Shown here piece by piece: positions 55,883-64,000 of a DNA stretch of 64,000 nucleotides (positions are counted from its first letter, which is position 1; every line of letters begins with the position of its first letter). The position numbers and the translations under genes are program-made. The DNA is from an uncultured virus (IMG/VR IMGVR_UViG_3300020201_000458) (Duplodnaviria; Heunggongvirae; Uroviricota; Caudoviricetes), in the IMG/VR virus record IMGVR_UViG_3300020201_000458, positions 1 to 64,000 of that record. One strand, 5' to 3'. The notes beneath the pieces were generated by a model. It worked only from the letters and a program-made list of their open reading frames with translations, did not search any database and was not told the DNA's origin.

Positions 55883-58800
55883 ATGGCTGACAACTTCGGT
55901 GTATACAATCTGACTGGACGTGTTGAGTCCGTCATATCGAGTTCTCTCGAGACGGCGTTGCAACCGGTGTCTGGGAATATCAACATCCGTCGGTTGCCAG
56001 AAAGACATCTTCGAGATTTGGCAGAATTTGATCTACAAGACGAATCGTTCGCGAAAATCAAAAATTCGTTTGTCATCGCCGAGCTGTCGTCCTCTCAACA
56101 TGAAGTGACGTCTAGGAATGCCTTCCTAAGTGGAACGGAACAACTTGAGTTCACCGATGTTCCAGCAACTGGTTCCGTATATTACTCCAAGACTAACAGA
56201 TTTCGGCAGTTGACGTACAAATTGTCGGCTTCTGCTAATCTTCCGATTGTCCCAGGAAATACTCGTGACCCAAGCACTATTGAGAACGTTTCTCGCGGAA
56301 CATTCCACCCAGTTTCTGGTTCGTACAGGAACAATAGTTACTTCGATCCCGCTGTTTTTACGATTGATGTTCCCGAATATGGGAAGATCCGTGACATCAA
56401 GGTGTGGGTCGAACTCGTCCATGATCATCGTGGCGGAACGGGTCAGTGTCTGACGGCGTCCAGTCCTTTCTACGGTGGTGGCTCCGGGACGTTAGAGGAC
56501 GATCTAAAACACGGACTTCAAGGACTTCAGATTGCTCTTCGCAGTCCTAACACAAACTTCAAATACTCCCATCCTCTTTGGAATGATCCTACGACGTTTG
56601 GTTTCGAAAAACGTCCAGACTCTGTCGTAGACGGCCGTTTCAAGGGAGTCCCAGATCTACTTAAGAATTCATATCTTCTGTGGGGCGGTCACTCTTTGGA
56701 GAGTGATCTTGGTATTACTCTTGGTTCGCTGACGTCTTCTTCGCCATCCGAATATACACTGGGCATCGTTGTGACTGGGTCATTCGACAATCAGATTACG
56801 TATCCATCCATGCAAGTCGACAAAGATGATCAGCCAGTGATCATCTTCGACATGCCCTTTGAAGGAAAGATGAAGATCCGTCGGTCATATTTCGACGGTG
56901 TCAATCCTCTTCTCTTTGCGGAAGAGGTAGTCACTTCGACATTCAACGTTGCGGGTATGACACTACTTTTAGGGTCAGACAAGAGGACCCCGCATATCCT
57001 CTTTGCAGAGAATGGGAATACAAGTCTTCGTTACATTCGGTCAAGTCCGACCGGCTGGGTCGGACCAGACGTCGTGACCGCGTGTACTAACCAGTTGGCT
57101 CACGACTTTGCTATAGATTCCAACAACAAGGTCATGATTTTCAGTCGTGGTAATGATTTCATTCCAAGTATCTTTGTCTCTTCTTCGGTCGCAGGCTGGG
57201 AGAGAAATAAAGTCGGAAAAAACTCAGCGTATTTCTTTTTCCACTCTATCCAAGTAGATTCAAACGATGTATTCCACTTCTCTTATCTAGATCATGACGA
57301 TGCTGGAGATTGGGTCTTCTACGGTACGACAGGTTCGGCAGGATTGACAATCGAGAAGGCTACCATTGTTGATTTCACACTATCGGCAAATCCGTTTCTC
57401 GCTTTGGCGTTAAATTCGCGTGGTGTACCAACGATCGCCATCGGCGCAAACGAGAGCGGAATACGACTTATTACGTCTGGTACCACCGGGTGGTCTTCAA
57501 AGGTTCACTTCGACAATATTCTCTTTTCTCCCAAGTTTTTTCCGAAAAACGCAGTATTCGATAGTAACGACGATCTTCACATCATCACAGACATGTACAA
57601 GTACAGAGGGGTGAATAATTTCGATCTCGGAATTGTAAGATCGAGTTCGAACGGGATGTCTCTTGAACCTGTCGTGGATAGAACTGTCAATACGGGTAAC
57701 GGCGGATATCCTGATCGATCTGTCGACTTTGATTCGGTCGGTAATCTTCATATCATGCACAATGAGGCCTCCGGCTTAGGGGTTTTTGGAAGCATCCATC
57801 ATTTGAAGAAAAATTTTCACAACTACAACGATGCTGCGTACTATGAGTATGATACCGACATCGATATGCGCACTGTTTTTACGGATTCATCTCGAGTGTC
57901 GAATCCTAGGCATCTTGAGGACAACTACGAAAGTTCCACGTCCATCTCGCCTGGTCCATCGTCCATTCAGGTGGAGCGAGTTAGGAAAGAAGGTTCATAC
58001 CCTAGCCCCACGTCGGCATCCGTCAAATTGTTCAACTACGGGTATCTAGACACCCCGTATTTCCAGAGTGCGTGGATGAGTGGCGCCAACTTTCCGTGGA
58101 TGTTAGATTCTCGTGTTCCGCCAGGAAATTTTCAGGGACGCAACTTTAGCGCGACCTCGTCTTTGAACATCCCAATTCCTCCAGGCTGGTTGTCAGGACC
58201 AGCATACACTCCCACGGCCGGGGAATTCCCGACCAGCGGCTCTCAGATTGGTCCCGCTAACATCAAGCCCGTGTATCCACTGCTGGATGATATCTTTGCA
58301 GAGAATGTCGTACGGCAGTCTTCTTTGACGTCCACCCCAGCACCTGATTCGTTCTCCAAGAAAATCGTAGGGTTTAGACCAGGGTTGAGAGGGACCGAGA
58401 TCAATGGGAAATGGCAACTGCTGATCGGGAATAACGCTGACTACATTACCGGAAACATGACTGGGAGTCTACGTGGCGGGTATTGGTTTAGACAATTCAG
58501 GATCGAATTTCTCGTTGATCAGGGAGAAGATGACCAGTACAAGTCGATGCCAAGTCGAGCATTCAAGTACAAGAAGCCAGGATACGTGACTGGTGGCGCA
58601 GGACGACGTCTCTTCCACATCGTGTCTGGTAGTGCTGCTTGGGACATAGGCGTCAATAACATTTTTACGGTCCAACGAGATGAATACGGTAGAAGCGTAG
58701 GGATTACCAGCGTGACCGGGTCTACCCAGTTCGCCGTTTTCTCTCAATTGACTGGTGTCCTTCCCGATATTCTCTCGGCCGCTGGTTCGTACGATCAGGT

Positions 58801-59047
58801 CCAGTCCACGTATCTCTCGAACGAGTTCGGGACACCATACGTGCCCATCACTTCAGGTTCTGCCGAAATTCCGTCCTTCGATGTATTCGACGTCGACGAA
58901 GCGAAGAAGTCTCGTTTGGTCTTCGATCAAGTTCTAAACCCGAAGACTTTGATTCCTAAGGACAACACTCTCCGTGCTTCCTTGGCTCGGGCTGACATCG
59001 TAAAATCTACCCGCGACTTCATTCTGACCAAGATCGGTAAGGGTTGA
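55883..59047 (+). CDS. Large virion protein: split P-domain-like fold with beta-propeller-like insert
   Basis: IRDIKVWVELVH...LQIALRSP and much later GTEINGKWQLLI; DS.....H repeats in between. Confidence 0.6.
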   Translation: MADNFGVYNLTGRVESVISSSLETALQPVSGNINIRRLPERHLRDLAEFDLQDESFAKIKNSFVIAELSSSQHEVTSRNAFLSGTEQLEFTDVPATGSVYYSKTNRFRQLTYKLSASANLPIVPGNTRDPSTIENVSRGTFHPVSGSYRNNSYFDPAVFTIDVPEYGKIRDIKVWVELVHDHRGGTGQCLTASSPFYGGGSGTLEDDLKHGLQGLQIALRSPNTNFKYSHPLWNDPTTFGFEKRPDSVVDGRFKGVPDLLKNSYLLWGGHSLESDLGITLGSLTSSSPSEYTLGIVVTGSFDNQITYPSMQVDKDDQPVIIFDMPFEGKMKIRRSYFDGVNPLLFAEEVVTSTFNVAGMTLLLGSDKRTPHILFAENGNTSLRYIRSSPTGWVGPDVVTACTNQLAHDFAIDSNNKVMIFSRGNDFIPSIFVSSSVAGWERNKVGKNSAYFFFHSIQVDSNDVFHFSYLDHDDAGDWVFYGTTGSAGLTIEKATIVDFTLSANPFLALALNSRGVPTIAIGANESGIRLITSGTTGWSSKVHFDNILFSPKFFPKNAVFDSNDDLHIITDMYKYRGVNNFDLGIVRSSSNGMSLEPVVDRTVNTGNGGYPDRSVDFDSVGNLHIMHNEASGLGVFGSIHHLKKNFHNYNDAAYYEYDTDIDMRTVFTDSSRVSNPRHLEDNYESSTSISPGPSSIQVERVRKEGSYPSPTSASVKLFNYGYLDTPYFQSAWMSGANFPWMLDSRVPPGNFQGRNFSATSSLNIPIPPGWLSGPAYTPTAGEFPTSGSQIGPANIKPVYPLLDDIFAENVVRQSSLTSTPAPDSFSKKIVGFRPGLRGTEINGKWQLLIGNNADYITGNMTGSLRGGYWFRQFRIEFLVDQGEDDQYKSMPSRAFKYKKPGYVTGGAGRRLFHIVSGSAAWDIGVNNIFTVQRDEYGRSVGITSVTGSTQFAVFSQLTGVLPDILSAAGSYDQVQSTYLSNEFGTPYVPITSGSAEIPSFDVFDVDEAKKSRLVFDQVLNPKTLIPKDNTLRASLARADIVKSTRDFILTKIGKG

Positions 59048-59094
59048 TCCGAAGAATGCCTGGCGGACCCATACTTAGAAGGGGATGATTTGAC

Positions 59095-59745
59095 TTGGCT
59101 GGATTTCTAGACAAAAATACTCGTATCATCGACATGGTCTTGACCAGTCATGGGAAACGTTTGTTTTCGAAGGGAGAGCTACATTTTTGTTACTGGATTC
59201 CCTACGACGATGAGATCGACTATCAACCCTTCATCGCCGAAAGTGGATCCCTGAGCGCTGATCAGCTGAGCGCTTCTATTTACCAAGCCATTGAGACGAC
59301 ACCTCTTCGTGAAGCTACGACAGGCTACAGAAACTTCAATGGCAGTGGATCAGACTTCACCAATGTCAACAATCCGATCTTTACTATGGCTCAGGGACAA
59401 GAGGTACTTCCACGAACTGTTTTCCCCGAGAATTTCCAGAGGACAATCGAGTCTAAACAGAGACAGGTGGAGCAGATCTTCCAAGATCGAGATGACAGGG
59501 GAAAGTACGACAATCCTCTTGAATCTAGAGATCTCGGGATCGAGAGGTATGATTCCTCGACATTCGTTCTAGAATTCACGTATTCGAAAGATAGTTTTCC
59601 TACTGACTTTCAGCCTTATGGGTTTTTCCTAAGAATGCTTCGTAGTGGTTCGAACGGGTGGACTGAAGTACTTTCTCGAAGGGACATGAGTAACGATCTC
59701 TCGTACAACAACGATGTTCGTATCTTCACGGGTAGGAGGGGTTGA
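59095..59745 (+). CDS. Virion structural protein
   Basis: AGFLDK..RIIDMVLT..GK...DDEIDY; gene context. Confidence 0.65.
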   Translation: MAGFLDKNTRIIDMVLTSHGKRLFSKGELHFCYWIPYDDEIDYQPFIAESGSLSADQLSASIYQAIETTPLREATTGYRNFNGSGSDFTNVNNPIFTMAQGQEVLPRTVFPENFQRTIESKQRQVEQIFQDRDDRGKYDNPLESRDLGIERYDSSTFVLEFTYSKDSFPTDFQPYGFFLRMLRSGSNGWTEVLSRRDMSNDLSYNNDVRIFTGRRG

Positions 59746-59748
59746 TAA

Positions 59749-62700
59749 ATGCCATTTTTCTTCGGGACAGCTCCGGGAACGTCGACGAACATCGACTCTG
59801 ATGCGGCCAAACGCTTTCCGAGCACGGGCACTGGGCAGAGGAAATTTTCAGGTCCCGATCTTTCTTCAGAGCAAGAGACCAGAGATGTAACTGTAGTCTC
59901 AAACGGCGAACACCTCGTCGAACAAGCTTCTTCTATGAAGGGTGTAGCCATGGTTGCCGAGCACATCGCCGCCGCGGCTCGTTCAAGCCTCCAACTGGCC
60001 CGGACACAGATCTTGTCTACTCCTGGTCTGCTGTCGCTTGACATCCGTGAGACACTCTCAAATTTTACCGAAGACGATCTTGCCCATTCCAGAGATCTAA
60101 AGGCTAGAGAACTTGTGACTCGCACGCCAGTCGGATTTCTTGATACTGGAAGAATCTCCGCCGATCTATATAAGCGACTGCCATCTTCAGTTTTTCAAAC
60201 AAGAATCCAGGACTCATCACCAAAGATGTTCAATCCAGCTGTTCCGCAACTCGATAACATTCGTATAGAGATGAGTAAGAATAAAGGAACGGTAGACTGT
60301 TTCTTTTCAACATTGAAGTTCAGTCTTCCGTTGGCTCAAGTTTGGGATGGAAGGGTGAAAGCCATCCGGATATTTCGGACGACTATACTTAATCCCATCT
60401 TCCAGCGTGGGGAACCTCCTGTCATTACCCTTCACGGGATGGAGAAACTTTCGGTCGACAAGATGCGTTCGCGCTCAAAGAGCAATGATCTATTGGGAGC
60501 CATGGAACACCGATTCCGCGAAGCTGGCGTTTTGAATGCAATCTCCGTTTTGAATCCGATCAATCCCGGGACAAACCTGCGTCTGTCGACCAATTCGTCA
60601 GATATCTCTGCTCAGCCCATACAAAACCCTGCGGGGGTGTCATCAGTTCTACCTGGCGCCATTCCTCACATCGAATCATTCATGGATCCCGTGAAGTTTG
60701 GAAGTATTGATTCGGGAGTGGCACAGGATCTGAATGTTCTACAAAATATTCGAAACCAGGATCCCGCTGGATTGATTCCCACCTTGACTCACCTGACGAC
60801 TCTAAATGTATTCTCTCCGTTGAAGCAGGGGCTTCTGAACAAAACTCAGGTCAAAGATCTCCGTTCAAATCCACTTGCTGGACTGGTCGTCGATTCCAAC
60901 AACGCCGCCGAGTTTAGAGAGCTCGCCTTCATCTCTTTGGACAAGCTCAAGTCTGTAGTTATTGGGGATCACATTGAGTACACACACAATGATGAGTCAG
61001 TAGGCTATGGTCGCGCATATCGGTACTATGTCTTGTCGGTCGACAAAGACATGGTTGAAAGTATTCGATCTAGAATAATCGATGTAACTGTAGAAGGTCT
61101 GCGAATCCCGGAACGTCCGAAGCGTGTGTTCGCGTACAACATCTCCGACGCTGTAGCAATGAACATCATCGTGGACGACCAGTTGGTCGAGAAATTTGAA
61201 TTGTTCCGAAAATCGACAGATACGTCACTCGGCGCGAATCTTCGTCTAGTTTCGTTTGACGTCGGTAACATCAAGGGATTCAATACTGGAAACAGTATCT
61301 CTTCCAGACTTGAGAACAACTACATCAAGATCGGCGAGTCGTTGAATGGTACTCGGCAGACGGGGGCGACGTTCTACGATCGGCGTGTGACTCCTGGTAG
61401 GAAGTACTCGTACCGAGTGTACTCAGTCGATGTCTTTGGCAACAAATCGGAGAGTCCATACGAATTTGAGATGTACTTGCCAGAGCAGATGAGACCAAAC
61501 GAACTTCTCAAACCATCTTTAACGGTTGAGATCGACGCGCAGACAAGCAAGGCCCGTGTCTCTTTCCGTTGTAACGATGCGAGAGTTTCCACTCTCTTCC
61601 TCGCACGTCGAGATCTAACAATCAAGCAGAAAGCTTTCACTACTCCCGGGCAGGTCAACATCATTAAGTTGGGAGCTCCGACTTCCGGACACAGCGCCAT
61701 CCAGTTCGAAGACGTTATATTGAGGGGAGACAATAAGGACACGATCTGGACTGGGTACTTCCCCAATGACACTAACGATAACGTGTTCATCGATCGGACC
61801 GTTTCTATCGATCATGTCTATCAGTATCAAGTCTATGGCATCGATAAGTTCGGTAATTCGACACCGTACGAAGTATCTAGACCCGTGATGATGATCCGTC
61901 GTCCGCTCATCGATGCACCTTTGAACCTCCTTGCAGAGGTCGTCCAGGGGCCTAAGTTCACTGTCGGAGGGATTAAGCTTTCCTGGCAGGATGGTAATGT
62001 GGACATTTCATCCGAGGATCGCCTTGGCAGTCGTGGCGATCTTAGTAACTCTTCAGTACGGACTCTCTATCAGATCGAGCGGAGACGTGTCGGGGAGGAA
62101 CGTTGGATCGAATTTCCGATGATCGAAGACAAGCGGTTTTTCGATCCTTCGGAATCGACAGCTGCCCCAGTGTCTAGGAAGACACTGTCCAGTCGTATTG
62201 GTATCGAACATGCTCGCTTCCGTCCACCACTCGTAGAAGCCAACCAGACGTATGTCTACCGTGTGAAGGCGTATCAGACAGGATCGTACCAAAGCAACTA
62301 CGGAAACTTCGTAGAAGTCTTCGCCGCCCTACCTGTAGCCGTGCCAACCAATTTCAGGTTAAAGGCCAGCGATACGAAAATCAGTCCGTTCTACGTTGTC
62401 CTCAATTGGGACACTCCGAATGGCTCAGGAGTTATTGACAAATGGGAGATCGAACGATCGGCTGTTAACAACTTCGCCGCAAGCAAGTTAAATGTAAAGA
62501 ACCCCCGAGATTTCCAGTCTCTTCACTTTCAGACGTTTCGAACTATTTTTCATGAGTCCAGCAGATTCCGAGCGCAAGCTGTCGATAACGTCGCAACGGA
62601 GCGGGCGCTGACCAGACAGTTCAAGTCTCCTCCCACCGTCTTCACGGGAGACCATCATTTCCAAGATACGAGCGTGAGCTTCGGGAATACATACTTCTAT

Positions 62701-63057
62701 AGGATCAGGTCGATCGCTCTCAACGGCGTTGCTTCGGCATGGACATACAGAGGATTGAAACTCACTGAAGAGTCGTTCGAAAGAAAGATCGTTCCGTTCA
62801 TCAATTCGGACGTCAAATTGAATCTCGTCAAAAATTTCACTCCGATCTTGATTCCAGCCATGACTTTGGTGCATGGGGCATCATCTTTTACCTTCCAGCC
62901 TTCTTTTTCACAACCGATGATTCTACCTACAGTATCCATCATTGTCGCTTCGAACGTTCCGATTACGCTGAATCCTGTTGCACTTCCTACTTACAATCCT
63001 CCTGTCGTGGCCGCTTCTTTCACCAAACAAAGAACGACAGTCTTCGGTAAGAAATAA
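59749..63057 (+). CDS. Fibronectin type III repeat virion protein
   Basis: Repeated D..V..G..Y.YRV.SVD..GN.S units. Confidence 0.75.
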   Translation: MPFFFGTAPGTSTNIDSDAAKRFPSTGTGQRKFSGPDLSSEQETRDVTVVSNGEHLVEQASSMKGVAMVAEHIAAAARSSLQLARTQILSTPGLLSLDIRETLSNFTEDDLAHSRDLKARELVTRTPVGFLDTGRISADLYKRLPSSVFQTRIQDSSPKMFNPAVPQLDNIRIEMSKNKGTVDCFFSTLKFSLPLAQVWDGRVKAIRIFRTTILNPIFQRGEPPVITLHGMEKLSVDKMRSRSKSNDLLGAMEHRFREAGVLNAISVLNPINPGTNLRLSTNSSDISAQPIQNPAGVSSVLPGAIPHIESFMDPVKFGSIDSGVAQDLNVLQNIRNQDPAGLIPTLTHLTTLNVFSPLKQGLLNKTQVKDLRSNPLAGLVVDSNNAAEFRELAFISLDKLKSVVIGDHIEYTHNDESVGYGRAYRYYVLSVDKDMVESIRSRIIDVTVEGLRIPERPKRVFAYNISDAVAMNIIVDDQLVEKFELFRKSTDTSLGANLRLVSFDVGNIKGFNTGNSISSRLENNYIKIGESLNGTRQTGATFYDRRVTPGRKYSYRVYSVDVFGNKSESPYEFEMYLPEQMRPNELLKPSLTVEIDAQTSKARVSFRCNDARVSTLFLARRDLTIKQKAFTTPGQVNIIKLGAPTSGHSAIQFEDVILRGDNKDTIWTGYFPNDTNDNVFIDRTVSIDHVYQYQVYGIDKFGNSTPYEVSRPVMMIRRPLIDAPLNLLAEVVQGPKFTVGGIKLSWQDGNVDISSEDRLGSRGDLSNSSVRTLYQIERRRVGEERWIEFPMIEDKRFFDPSESTAAPVSRKTLSSRIGIEHARFRPPLVEANQTYVYRVKAYQTGSYQSNYGNFVEVFAALPVAVPTNFRLKASDTKISPFYVVLNWDTPNGSGVIDKWEIERSAVNNFAASKLNVKNPRDFQSLHFQTFRTIFHESSRFRAQAVDNVATERALTRQFKSPPTVFTGDHHFQDTSVSFGNTYFYRIRSIALNGVASAWTYRGLKLTEESFERKIVPFINSDVKLNLVKNFTPILIPAMTLVHGASSFTFQPSFSQPMILPTVSIIVASNVPITLNPVALPTYNPPVVAASFTKQRTTVFGKK

Positions 63058-63060
63058 GAC

Positions 63061-64000
63061 ATGGGCTTCAATTTCTTCGGCATAAACGTCCCGACCACAG
63101 TCCAAGATTTCGTCGACATCTTTCTCCCTACAGATAAGAGCAAGGAAAATTCAGACAGTTCATCCAACGCCGCTTCTCCCGTCACCAATCCGACTCAAGC
63201 TCCTCCACCGGCTCCAGAAATCAAAGAGACTGCAGGTACCTCTGGAGCTGCCGTTGAGCCACCTTCACCGCCTCCTGGTGTGGCATATCCGGCAGGAACG
63301 CTTCCTGACCTCTCTGGTCGGTATATCGGAAACTACGAGAAGGAGATAGTCCTAGATTTGATTGATTCACTTCAACGTCCGCCACCGAGCATTAATTCAG
63401 AGTACATCACCATCTTGAGTCGTACTCTCTCGTGGTTGGCTCGGGAAGCTCCTTCTTCTCCAGATGCTCTCTTCAATGCCACTGGTGCGCAAGCCATGTG
63501 GAACGCTGTTGCTTTCGCTGAATCCAAAGCGTTCGGATTCCCGCTCAATGTCCTACAGCCTATTTTCGCTGGAAACGGTCTCGATTCTCAAGAGAAGATG
63601 AGAAATGAAGCCAACAGGATTAGGAACATCATATACGATGTTGTCAATCGTGTGAATTCGTTTCTTGCGCGCGCAAAGAATGCTGGTTTTATCCCTCCAG
63701 AGAATCCATTCGCTCTCGCAATGTCACTCAACGTTGGCCGTCTCGGATTTTCTCCGGTAGATCTGCAAGGGGACGTCGCGACACGCGTATCGTCTAATGT
63801 CCAGACGTATCTGACTCTTTTGGAAGCCGAAGCTACCGGAAAATTGAATCTCGATCAGAATTCTTTCAAAGCTGCGCAGTTGTCATCCGCAAACTTTTCT
63901 CTGGATGGTTACGGTGGCACTGGCAACTCATCCGTTGATCTCTCGAAGCTTCTTCCAGATGCGGATGCGATCAAGGCTCAGAAGTCTTTGGAAGCGCTGT
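63061..64000 (+). CDS. Hypothetical protein, truncated by the window end
   Basis: ATG 63061 MGFNFFGINVP...; Pro-rich linker; appears open to the end. Confidence 0.65.
   Translation, partial: MGFNFFGINVPTTVQDFVDIFLPTDKSKENSDSSSNAASPVTNPTQAPPPAPEIKETAGTSGAAVEPPSPPPGVAYPAGTLPDLSGRYIGNYEKEIVLDLIDSLQRPPPSINSEYITILSRTLSWLAREAPSSPDALFNATGAQAMWNAVAFAESKAFGFPLNVLQPIFAGNGLDSQEKMRNEANRIRNIIYDVVNRVNSFLARAKNAGFIPPENPFALAMSLNVGRLGFSPVDLQGDVATRVSSNVQTYLTLLEAEATGKLNLDQNSFKAAQLSSANFSLDGYGGTGNSSVDLSKLLPDADAIKAQKSLEAL

Overview
This window is part of a large (jumbo-type) tailed phage genome with a probable contractile tail; essentially all genes are on the + strand. MopE-type Cys repeats and kelch repeats weakly hint at a myxobacterial/deltaproteobacterial host. 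(1) 1-9 kb: small accessory genes, including a vWA lipoprotein, MazG-like, GH19 endolysin, peptide deformylase, a broken SLOG gene and IscU. (2) 9.2-19 kb: about 38 hand-folded tRNA genes covering all 20 amino acids, plus a tmRNA, a YkuK RNase H-like gene, a cyclic-phosphate receiver gene, peptidases and homing endonucleases. Several non-standard RNAs lie between the tRNAs: two circularly permuted tRNA-like (YrlA-like) RNAs, a tRNA-Arg(UCU) whose D-loop sits 3' of the anticodon arm, and kissing-loop/pseudoknot RNAs. (3) 19.1-19.3 kb: 28-bp tandem repeat. (4) 19.7-41.3 kb: a roughly 21-kb glycosylation operon with about 10 glycosyltransferase domains (two GT9 heptosyltransferase-like) and a near-complete NDP-heptose pathway with no recognisable GmhA. 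(5) 42-64 kb: a gp55-like late sigma factor and baseplate/tail genes whose proteins are strongly enriched in [S/T]-G-S. The main hypothesis is a phage-encoded virion O-heptosylation/glycan-shield system. All calls come from motif recognition and manual folding; no database searches were run.
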